Assembly (NCBI GenBank): GCA_021613535.1
Contig: CP075495.1
Location: 8,680,001-8,744,000 of the forward strand
Origin: Adineta vaga
Taxonomy: Eukaryota > Animalia > Rotifera
Direction: 5' to 3'
Length of the DNA: 64,000 nt
A model generated the notes under the pieces. It was given only the letters and a program-made list of their open reading frames with translations, searched no databases and was not told the DNA's origin. Positions 53,001-64,000 of this stretch are shown here, in pieces. A program made the translations under genes and the position numbers. Positions within the stretch are counted from its first letter, which is position 1; each line of letters begins with the position of its first letter.

Positions 53001-53604
53001 ACAAAATATGTTCAATGACTTTTTCTCTTTTGTTTTCTGTTACTTGTTGGATGAAATTGAAGACGATTAATTCTTGAATTATGAATTTTAATTTGACTAA
53101 TCATCGCTAACTGATTCGCATCCCAAATATTCAAAAGACCTGTTGTGCTACCTGATGCAAAATAATGCTCTATCAAAATACAACGAATATAAGTTACTAT
53201 CTGAAAACAAAAAATCAAGGTAGTTTTTACCATCATTTGCATTCCATCCAATATCAGTCGGTTGTAATGCAGTACGTGCTTGTCTTGGTGCATTACGAAA
53301 ATCGTAAATTTCACTAAATTGTTCCGTATCATCAACTGTTTCAATGGCCAATAATTGAAAATCTGTGTAATTATACATAGTAAATAAAGAGATTTCGTTA
53401 TTAAAAACTTAGCATACTCTGTTGTCCAGCTACAAGCAAACGATTTCCATTGTGATTTAGACAAACCACCGTGTTACTATCAGTACGTACATGATATGAA
53501 AATGTCGATGAATTATTTAAATCTAAATAGTCAAACGAAATAGATAAGTATCACAAAAAAAGAAGTAATAGAATCATTTTACTTATTGAAGTTTTTTCAT
53601 CCAT
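50045..53604 (-). CDS. WDR24: GATOR2 subunit WDR24/Sea2, multi-exon
   Basis: N-terminal WD40 (LATGGRDRTI; VAKLSWRP; IHVWDVRRAYLPYASF), C-terminal zinc finger VWCLLCGHGGH...CPYGCGHRC. Confidence 0.85.
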
Positions 53605-53836
53605 TCATGCGTGTGAATATTATGCGTGTATATAAATAATATTTTGTCTACTAAGAAAAAAAAATCAGACTCATTTCGTCAGACAATAGAGAAATTATCA
53701 AATAAAAATTGTGCTAGTTTATTTTACGTATAAAAAATAATAATGTCATGTGGGAAAATCATATTTATCCAATCACACCGAGATTTATGTTGTTTAGTAC
53801 TTAGTAGAAAAATAACAAGAAAGAAGAATCATTAGC

Positions 53837-55005
53837 CTAGATTGATTTGAAAGAACGATGTAGAAGTGATTGAACATATTCATATGTAATGAAAAGAGTT
53901 CCGGTCGCAAAAAACGTACGAATAAGTGTTGGTAATAAACCAGCGTACAATGGTGTAACACCTATAATTATATATACATTTATCTTGCTCGTAAAGACAA
54001 ATATATTATTTTCTAACCTTCATTTCTTATTATATGAAGTGTATATTTCAATACATTCATATTTGGTTGAAAAACTTGCACACGTGATTTAATTGCATCA
54101 ATAGGAAACATAACTATCCAAAAACAAATACCAGCCATGCCACCTGAAATCCATGTTTTGACAAATCCTATTTACCAATAAAGATTGTATATCATAAACA
54201 AATATTTAGTCATTTATTACCGATATCTTTTTTCTTCTCATTTGCTTTTGTTAATAAAGATCTCGTCAATTCATATCCACCAAAAAAACAACCATAACCC
54301 GGACATTCTCTTATTAAAGTTGCAGTCAGTCCACGATATAATCCAAGTGGACCTTCCGTACGTAAAATATTTCTTGTTATATCCACCGGTGAGCTAAAAA
54401 CAAAACAATCGAATTTTTATCGAATTTTTTTTTACATTTAAGTAAATTTTAAATTACATCGTTTTACGTATTTGTATATCTTTATTATAACTCATTTCGT
54501 TCATTGTTTGTATGCGACATTTAACTAATTCTGTTGGACATAAAGCTAAAGACGCAAATGCTGCTGCTAAACTTCCAGCTGCCATATTTTCTAATGGAAT
54601 TAATTGTTCATTATGAGTCTTATTATTTAATAAACAAATCATATTTTGACATTGTCCATATGCCATAAATAAAACTCCATTTTCTTCCAAAAACAAAACA
54701 TATACAAATAAACAATTAAATGATTGTTTTCCAAACTGAATTACCTGCAGCCGTTGCAAGCAATGAAGGCACTGTGCCAGCGTACAAACCATGTATTCCA
54801 TCTCTATAGAAGATTTTCTGAGCACAATCAAGAAAATTTTTGTAACGATTTGGAAATATTTGTAATTTCGTTTTGATTGTGTCAAGTGGTTGACCGATGT
54901 AAACTGATACAGTTGCACCTAAAATAAATTGATTACATCGAATGAATTCAATAAGAATTTACCAGCTATGCCACTGAGAAAATCATATAGAGCAGCTGAG
55001 TTCAT
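53837..55005 (-). CDS. Mitochondrial carrier, ornithine transporter-like (SLC25A15 family)
   Basis: GQPLDTIKTK, LCPTELVKCRIQ, REMSGYGFFFGGYE, FPIDAIKSRVQV carrier motifs. Confidence 0.85.
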
Positions 55006-55167
55006 GTTTGACAAATAAATCAGATTGCGCTAGTAAACATTTGTTTAAGAAGTTATTTTCATTGGTGAAAAACCATGATCCAATAAAATTGACTTGTTTA
55101 TTCCTCCTTGAGTTATTATACATTCTTCTCCTTGAGATCACTTTTTTTTGACATTAGTTGGTTAAAA

Positions 55168-57021
55168 ATGTTATTTCGAAAAGATCCATGTGGAATAATA
55201 TGTATTACATTGACATATACAATGCTTATACATTGTCTTTATGCTATTTTATTTGTCATTATTATCCCATTATTGACAGAAAGGTTTGATTTCGATAGAA
55301 TTGAAAGGAAAATAATATTTCTTTGAATTTTAGTTTATTTGGCACATTAAATGCTTTGATTGTCTGTACATTTGTTACTCTTTCAATTATTTCACATGCT
55401 CGTGCAGCTTATTCAGATCCCGGTTTTGTACCCTTACCAAAAAAAGGCATTGATTTTTCCGATATGAAAGCGAATGAAAATAATAAGGTAGAATTTCCTT
55501 TTGAACGAACGAGTTTTACAAAAGAAATTTTCTATGATATTTTTAGCAGAATGGTGAAGGTTGGACGGGTATGTTTGAAAAAGTATGATATTTCAATAGA
55601 CATTTATCTTGATTGTTTAGTTTGCAATCGATGTGATACATATAGACCAGCTCGTTCTCATCATTGCAGGTAAATGAATTGAGAGTATATTGCAATTTAT
55701 TTACAAAACTTTGTTTAGAATCTGTAAACGATGTGTTCGAAAGTAAGATTTTCAAACTTTTATTTGAGTTAAATTAAAACGAGACATGCAAAAGAAAGAT
55801 ATCTATGTATGAATTCAAATGAAGAATATCACTGAAATTAATCCGTTCCATACAGATACTTTTCTTTGTATCTATTGAACAGTATACATAAGATCAAATT
55901 GCAGATATATGATGCGAGAAGTCAATACCGTTTTTTTTCATCTTCCATAAGTATAACTTGAGCTACGCTATTTTACTCAATGTCCTGATTGATAACTAAT
56001 TAATATTTTGAAGATACTTACCGATTCTTTATACACTAAAGAAAAAAAAAGAGTATATTTAACTTTGTCTCGTGTAACATTTATACGCTCTATTTCGTTG
56101 AATAGTTTTTTCTGTCAGACTACTTCATTCAGCGAAAATAAAAACGAATCTATTCTCTTTCGCCGAAAGGTAGAAAATTGAAATGAAAAAAAAAACAAAA
56201 TATAACTTATCTCAGTCTATTAAATTTCGTGATTAATCTAGTCAAAACGAGATGTATTCTTCCTGTTGCTTGTATCCTTGATATTCATGGTTATTATATC
56301 CTATTCTTCTATGAAATTCTCTTTATGTTTTTTTTTCTCTTATATTCTAGACTAGATCATCATTGTCCTTGTAAGTTAAATGTTAACTATTGATCTTATT
56401 TAAAATAAACATATAATTTGTTGCTTAGGGATCAATAATTGCGTTGGTGAATTTAATCAAAAATATTTCATCCTATTTCTTTTTTATATCGGTAATAAAA
56501 TAAATCATAAAAAAGAAAAAAGATTATTTCGAAGTCATTCTTTTCACATAGGAGTGACTAGTCTGTATGTTTTGTCGTTTGTTATTTGGACTTTAATCGT
56601 TTTTCCGCATAAAACGGATACTCAAATGTATGTATGAATATATATATCTATATGTTTTTTTTCATTTCAAAGAAAAATCTCGTTCATAATAGAATTCATT
56701 CTATAATTCTTTGCATTGAATCATGTTTATTTGGCTTATTTGTCGTCGCTATTTTTATCGATCAAGTTCAATCTATAACCAGTGATCGAAGTATGATTGA
56801 TGCATTGAAATCTAGTGAAAGTTCTCGTGGATCACCACAAGCCTTACCACCAACGAAAGTTTTATTTCGAAAAGTTTTTGGTCCTGGTAAGTGAACAAAC
56901 TCAATGAAAATCTTATTTAATTCATCATTTCCTTCTAGGTTCAATGATATTTTGGTTGATACCATGCGATTTGAAAAAATCAAATCAAATCACAGATTCA
57001 CAAAATATGTATCATGTATAA
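55168..57021 (+). CDS. DHHC palmitoyltransferase, ZDHHC3/7-like, multi-exon
   Basis: [53 protein letters not shown]. Confidence 0.92.
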
Positions 57022-57280
57022 ACTATTCGATTCCGAACCGATGTGATCTCACATGCGAACAAAACAAAACCTATTGTCTTACAAAAGAAAAATCATCGAG
57101 AATTTATTTCTCACAGTCAACAAATCAAAAAAAAGCTTCATTTGTTTTTTCTTTTTAATGATTTATGAGTTGTACAAACATTTTATTTATTTTTTTTCAG
57201 TTAAAAGAAAACATTGAAAAATAATTCGTTTTTTTCTAGATGAAATAGTACTAATCACCTTTACGGAATTTAACATCACA

Positions 57281-59876
57281 ATGGCTCAAGCAGCAGCATC
57301 AAATCTACGTCGACGTATTCTTGGTTCACGACAAGATTCACCCTCAGTACTTCCGACTCAATCAACAATAACAACTGATCTTCCATCGACGGTCAACATG
57401 ACTCTAAATCCAATTTTACCTACGATACAACATCGTTCAATAACACGTATTGATCGACGTTCCATTGAAAAAGTCTGGAAACAAATGGATCGAATTGTGA
57501 AATATTGTCAGATGCCAAAAATGAATTTAAAAAATTCTCCACCCTATATGTTAGATATTCTTCCAGATCTTTATCAGACATTACGTGAAATCCTTAATAA
57601 TTATGATGATCGTTTACATATATTAAATGATATTGAATATTTTCGAATATTTATTGATAATCTTATTGAACAATGTACGAAAACAATCGATTGTTTTAAA
57701 CGTGCTGGTCATCATATGTATGATGAACAATCAACTCATCGAAAATATTTAACAAAATTATCATTATATTTTTCACATAATTTAGCTGAATTGAAATCTT
57801 TATTTAATCGAGGAATATATGAAGGTGAAAAATTTCGGTTAACCAAACAAGAAGCAACTGATTTTTGGAAGAGTAATTTCAATGAACGGTAGGAGAAAAA
57901 ATATCAACAAAAGATGTTATCTATTCGATCTTTCTTGCTTTTTAGTACAATTGTACCTTGGGAAGAATTTAAAGAGAAACTAAATCGTATACATCCAATT
58001 CATACAATTAATGAAACAACAGCATTACAGAATACGATCGATTTAACGAATAATAATCATGTATCAATATTTGAATTTGATGTTTTTACAAGGTAATTCG
58101 TTTGTTCAATTTTTGATTGATGGATGAACATTCACAATTGAATTTCTTTGAAATAGATTATTTCATCCATGGTCTTCATTATTAACCAATTGGAAACTAT
58201 TAGCTGTCACTCATCCAGGTTTTATGGCTTTTATGACTTATGATGAAGTGAAAGCAATTCTTACTGATTATATTGATAAACCAGGTAGTTATGTCTTTCG
58301 ATTAAGTTGTACACGACTTGGTCAATGGGCTATTGGTTATGTTACTACTCAAAATACAATTCTTCAAACAATTCCACAAACTAAACCATTAATTCAATCA
58401 TTAATCGATGGAGAACGTGAGGGATAGTATGTATATTATAGACTTCTTATTTGAGATTAATATCGAATTTTCTCTTTTTTTTATAATTTAGTTATAAGTA
58501 TCCCAATGGAAAAAATATTCATATTGATCTATCATCAGCATTAAGACCAACTGAATCTGATCGTATTCTTGTTTCTGAAGAACAATATGCTATCTATTGT
58601 GATATGGGTACTTGTTTTGAACTATGCAAAATATGTTCAGTGAATAATAAAGATTGTAAAATTCAACCATGTGGACATTTAATTTGTCAAAGTTGTTTGA
58701 TCGCTTGGCAGGTTAGTTGTTGTAGCTTTGTTATTTTAATTTATGATTTGAAATCTATTTTAGAATCAAAATAGTGCTAAACCACCTCCATTATGTCCTT
58801 TTTGTCGTGGAGAAATCAAAGGTTTTGAATCAGTCGTCATTAGTCCATTTGATAGCGCTGCAACAGCAAATAAAAAAGAATCAAGTCCAAATGGTTCGAA
58901 TGAATTTGATGATGTAAAAGTTTTTTTTCGAGAACGATTGTTTCTTTATTACTTCTTATATGTATATATTTTTTTAGCAAACATTAGATGCCAATCCTGA
59001 TGTTCAAACTTTACAATCACTTGCTACTGCCCGTCCAATATACAATGAAACTACTCAACAAGTATGAATTGATATTTCTTGATGTACTATTTACAAGAAT
59101 AGTTTTCTATTAATAGACTAATGGTACTAGTATAATATCAGATAATACATCTTCCACACCTCCACCTATTCCACCTCGACCTGTGAATATCAAAACGAAT
59201 GGAACTCGTGTATCGAATGATGTGATACCAAAAGGAACATTACAACAACGTTTTCAACAATTTTCATCACCTGTTATACCACCACCATTGCATAATAATG
59301 ATGTTTTATTATTACCACAAAGATCATTTGCTAAAACTCAACGACCACTTTCATCAGCATCATCAAGTGAAAGTTTGAACGATTCACTTGGTAAGATTTG
59401 ACAAGAAATTTATCTATAAAAATCATTTCATTTTTCAATTTTCTCATAGCACTTCTTTCAACTGTATCGACAGATCAAACACAAACACGTCCTGTGACTT
59501 TACAAAATAGTACTGATAATCACACGAGAGCAATCAATCACACAACTAGGTAAATCATTCTATGCATAAAGTCTAGTTCGAATGCAAAGAAATTGTTATC
59601 TTTTCTTCTAGTCCAATTCCTGATTCAATATCGAATAATATTGAACAATTTCGCACAATTGATGATATTCGTTCACGTCTAATCGAAGAATTTAATCAAT
59701 TAGAACAAACGCGTATCGATGCAGCATTAACTCTAACGGATGGTTTATCTTTAATCAAACAATATGAATTATCGAAATCATTTCTTACACAAGTTCAATA
59801 TGAGCAAATATCAAATCATAATAATAATACGAATCATACATTTATTAATGAATCATTTATAAATGAATTTGATTGA
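57281..59876 (+). CDS. CBL: Cbl E3 ubiquitin ligase (TKB, linker, RING, Pro-rich), multi-exon
   Basis: [66 protein letters not shown]. Confidence 0.96.
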
Positions 59877-60787
59877 AAACCTGTGTTTATATTTTATTAA
59901 TTGTTATCGACAGTGAATACAATAGTTATTATGAGATAATTCTGTAATAGAAAAGAAATATCTATTCGTATGTCAAAAATAGATATTTACTTTTCTCTTT
60001 CCTTTTTTTTTCACTATAAAAAGTCTTCTTTTTCTTCTAATGTATAGATCAAAACGTAACTGTTTTCGATCCTATAGATATGTATTTAAAATCAATGTGG
60101 TTTTTTTTTCTATGTATTATGTTGAAGTATGCCTTGAATAATAAAACAAAATAAATGCGTGTCTTCTAAATCAAAAAATAATAGGAACATTTCAACAACG
60201 AGAGAAACAAATCTGTCTTGATTTACATTGATTGAAACTTACAGAAATATCTAGCATGTTTCTTATAACTTCAATTTTCAATATCATGTTAATTAGTATA
60301 CAACTATCTCTCTTGTTTCTTTCTTTTATCACATGTTACTGTTAAACCACCATTTTCTGTTCTTTTTCTTAGAAGAATAGTCAACAAATGACGTCATGAT
60401 TCTTTTTCTTTCTGTAATTTCTGAATGGCAATGCAATAACAGCTTCAGTGGAAATTGAACAGCTGTATATATGTGTTAGTTTTCACGCTATTCGCTATCC
60501 AATTTGTATCATCTCTCTTTCTTCTCTTTCACATCCAGTTTGTCTCGCTCATTAATTCGTCGGGGATTTGTGAACATAGACAAAGACGAATATTTTTCAT
60601 TGGTTTATTCAACTTTTCAAATAAACAGAGACAAAATCGTTGCAAACATAATAGAGGTTATTGTTTTTCCAATATAAATAGACGACAAATGCACAGAGAA
60701 ATATCATTCAATAGAATTTTATATCATAGATATCCTAGACTAATCTCAACAACAACAACATGCGTGATATTACCGTTACAACAACTA

Positions 60788-62159
60788 ATGGATTTGATAA
60801 TCTTGAAACGAAAGTATCAACTGTAAGTTATATTCATGTTGTAATTGAACATTTTTATTTTTCTATATGAAATATCTTATTAAGAGTTCAATTGAAGATG
60901 ATGACGATGTAAATCTATTCGAAAATTATATTGAAAAACCTATGGTTCGTTATTTTGATTCAAAAGTCATTAGAAATCATTGATAAAAATGTTTATTTTC
61001 TCTAGGGTGAACATGTTAAATCAATGGAAGAAGATGAACCACTTTTACGTGAAAATCCATCACGTTATGTTCTATTTCCAATAAAATATCATGATATATG
61101 GAAATTCTATAAACGTGCATTGGCATCTATTTGGACATGTGAAGAAGTTGATTTAGCCAATGATATGAGAGATTGGTTACGTTTAACTCCCGATGAACAA
61201 TATTTTATCAAACATGTCTTGGCTTTTTTTGCTGCAAGTGATGGTATTGTCGGTGAAAATTTAGTTGAACAATTTTCCGGTGAAGTTCAAATACCTGAAG
61301 CACGTTGTTTCTATGGATTTCAAATTGCAATTGAAAATATTCATTCAGAAATGTATAGTTTACTTATTGATACATACATCAAAGATCCACGTGAACGGTA
61401 AATTGATCGTGAAAGAATACGTTTCGATGGTTTCATATTTTGTTTCTCTAGTGATATATTATTCAATGCAATTTCAACTTTACCTTATGTAAAAAAGAAA
61501 GCTGATTGGGCTATTCGTTGGATAAATGATAAAACACCATTCGCTGAACGTTTAGTTGCATTTGCTTGTGTTGAAGGAATCTTTTTCAGTGGTTCATTTG
61601 CATCTATTTTTTGGTTACGTGAGCGTGGTGTTATGCCTGGTTTAACATTTAGTAATGAATTAATTAGTCGAGATGAGGTTAGTTTCGATGAAATTATTTA
61701 ATCGATTGAAACCAATGAAGAACATATGTCTATTTCTAGGGTTTACATACAGATTTTGCTTGTCTACTTTTTGAACATATTGTTCATAAACCAAGTGTTG
61801 AACGTATTGAAGAAATTCTTCGTGAAGCTGTAAATATTGAAATTGAATTTCTCACTGATGCATTACCATGTTCCTTAATTGGAATGAATGCATCAGCTAT
61901 GGCACAATATATTAAATTTGTTGCTGATCGTCTTCTTGTTGAACTTGGTTGTTCAAAAGTAAGTTATTATTCTTTGTTTTATTTTCGGTAAACAGTTTTC
62001 ATTTAGATTTATCATTGTGATTGTCCGTTTGATTTTATGAATAATATATCCATTACGGGTAAAACAAATTTCTTCGAAAAACGTGTTGGTGATTATCAAC
62101 GAGCTGGTGTTATGGCTGCAATAACTGAACATAAGTTAACACTTGATGCTGATTTTTAA
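60788..62159 (+). CDS. RRM2: Ribonucleotide reductase small subunit, multi-exon
   Basis: [61 protein letters not shown]...LDADF. Confidence 0.97.
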
Positions 62160-62993
62160 AAAACAATACGTTTCATTTTTCATCTCTACAATATCTCATT
62201 TGATTATGTCTAGCTCTGATCTTCAAATCATATATGTCTGTGTCTATAGTTTCTTTTTCCTTTTGTGTTCGGATATTTTTCTTTTGTATGCACTATGTGT
62301 AGCAACTAGCGAAAAGATTAAAGTGTGTAGATGATGAAAAAAAAGAATAAAACAAAAATTTCTATGAAAATACATACTCTTATCTTTGTTGTGGAAGAAA
62401 CAATGCTTTTGTAAAAGTAGCATAGATTTAGTATTGACTATTGAGTATAAGTCGATTAAGTCAGTATGTGAAAACTGAATGAATGTGGATATGACATGAA
62501 TATGATATTAAAATTCTCTTGATTGTTATTTTGATTATTGAAAATCAGATAAGGATTTCTTTTCATGTTATTTTGTACACTCTATACCTATGAAAAATTT
62601 TCAGTGTAAAAGCATAAGAATCGATCGATATTTCGAAATTGCATCTAAGAAAATCCTTGCTGAGTCATTTCAATCTTTCTAGAAAAAAAAGAATATCATG
62701 TTTGTCATTTAAACAGAAAGAAAGAAAGAAAACATACTTCAATGACGTTTAATTAGATAGAACGCAATTTCTTCAATTGTTTCAAGTCTATTTGATTTAA
62801 AACATCGTCAAATACTTCATTCTCTCTTACGAAAAACTAATCCATCGTTTTATTGATCCACGTATATATACATTATTCATCAAATATCTACCCACCTTTT
62901 TCTTTTCTTCTCTTCCGATTCTTTCATCAGACATACATTCGTACAAAAAAAAAATATTTTAGGTGATTTCATTCTAGAAATCATAACGACAAA

Positions 62994-63307
62994 ATGAATA
63001 AGGTGATTACAACGTTTATTATTCTTGCGTGCTACATGATCGTATTGATCAACTGTGAAAGACCAGCAGAATGTGAATTACCAGCGGTAACCGGTCCATG
63101 TCGAGCAATGTTTCCATCATTTTATTTCAATTCTACGACAGAACGATGTCTTGAATTTACTTATGGCGGTTGTGGTGGTAAGTGTAAATATTATTTTTCA
63201 TACAATCAAGAAGATTTTTATAATCTATTTCAGGAAATGATAATCGTTTTGAAACGGAAGAAGAATGTCTTCGTCATTGTGGAAATCAAACTACTCGTAA
63301 TGGTTAA
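62994..63307 (+). CDS. Secreted single-domain Kunitz protease inhibitor (P1 Arg), 2 exons
   Basis: Signal peptide, [19 protein letters not shown]|[16 protein letters not shown] across intron ~63178-63233. Confidence 0.92.
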
Positions 63308-63744
63308 ATCTATACAATGTATATATCATTTTCTTTTTCATTATCATGAAAAACTAATAATCTCAATATCAACTTTTCTCTTCATTGTATTCTTAATAAA
63401 GATAATCTAAATAAATTATAACATATGATTTTGTTCGTCTTTATCCTTTCATTCATCTGGTTGAATTGAATTATATCCTGTTTTCGAAAGAGGTCGTTGA
63501 TTATCAAATATTTGAGATTGGCTGAAATATACTAGTAACATTTTCTTATACATATTGATCATTTTTACCCGACCGACCGATTTGCACATAAGTTAAATAG
63601 GATTATTTGTTTATCATTTCAATTTTTTTCTCTTGGTCTCTATTCTTTTTCGATCATGATCTTTTAAGTTACTAGTAAATCTATCAAACATGAAATATTT
63701 TTGATGATCATCTGTATTATCGTCTGTTTAGAACTATTACCATC

Positions 63745-64000
63745 ATGCCAGAAGAACCGATTCCTTCATATACAATTAAAGATGTTTGGGCACATAATGT
63801 GGAAGAAGAATTTCGTGCTATAAGAAAATTAATTCTTAAATATCCCTTTGTCGCTATGGTAAGCGATATTTGAAAAGAATCTTATAATCATTCGATGTTT
63901 TGTTTAGGATACGGAATTTCCGGGTATTGTTGTTCGTCCATTAGGAGAATTCAAAACTACAGCAGAATATCAATATCAATGTTTGAAATTAAACGTTGAT
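63745..64000 (+). CDS. CCR4-NOT deadenylase CAF1/POP2 (CNOT7/8), 5' part, truncated by window end
   Basis: [14 protein letters not shown]...YPFVAM|[15 protein letters not shown]...[11 protein letters not shown]. Confidence 0.93.

Noticed and set aside
49039-55005. Functional clustering (ornithine/arginine transport with GATOR2 amino-acid sensing)
   Set aside because: Thematic link only; no sequence evidence, and likely coincidence
1-64000. CRISPR arrays, tRNA, rRNA, autonomous transposons
   Set aside because: None recognised by eye; tRNAscan and repeat searches were not run

Overview
AT-rich, gene-dense eukaryotic DNA with many ~50-60 nt GT-AG introns, almost certainly from a bdelloid rotifer: it carries the rotifer spliced-leader exon GCTTATTACAACTTACCAAGAG. 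The main result is that the 'palindromic repeats' at 4.6-6.5 kb and 11.7-12.1 kb, which the ORF track shows only as spurious ORFs, are a small-RNA gene cluster. It holds six identical ~105-nt spliced-leader (SL) RNA genes and two U2 snRNA genes, all in head-to-head pairs: [SL<- ->U2] x2 in a ~790-bp tandem, then [SL<- ->SL], and a second [SL<- ->SL] 5550 bp away. Each pair has 131-134 bp between start sites and one shared central GCTCTCAA element about 65-68 bp from both starts, consistent with a modular bidirectional snRNA-type promoter. The U2 genes have an extra 3' UUCG hairpin. The SL RNA lacks a canonical Sm site and has a possible K-turn. The protein-coding genes are a PAS-less ERG/KCNH channel (between the SL cassettes), intersectin, a secreted beta-helix protein (HGT candidate), a SOCS-box protein, an innexin, a possible stand-alone Sld2/RECQL4-motif protein, SLC13, two CAP proteins, AATF with a nested antisense gene, CBP/p300, Rab30, WDR24, an ornithine carrier, ZDHHC3/7, CBL, RRM2, a Kunitz inhibitor and the start of CNOT7/8. 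Exon boundaries were read by eye and are approximate. No database searches were run.
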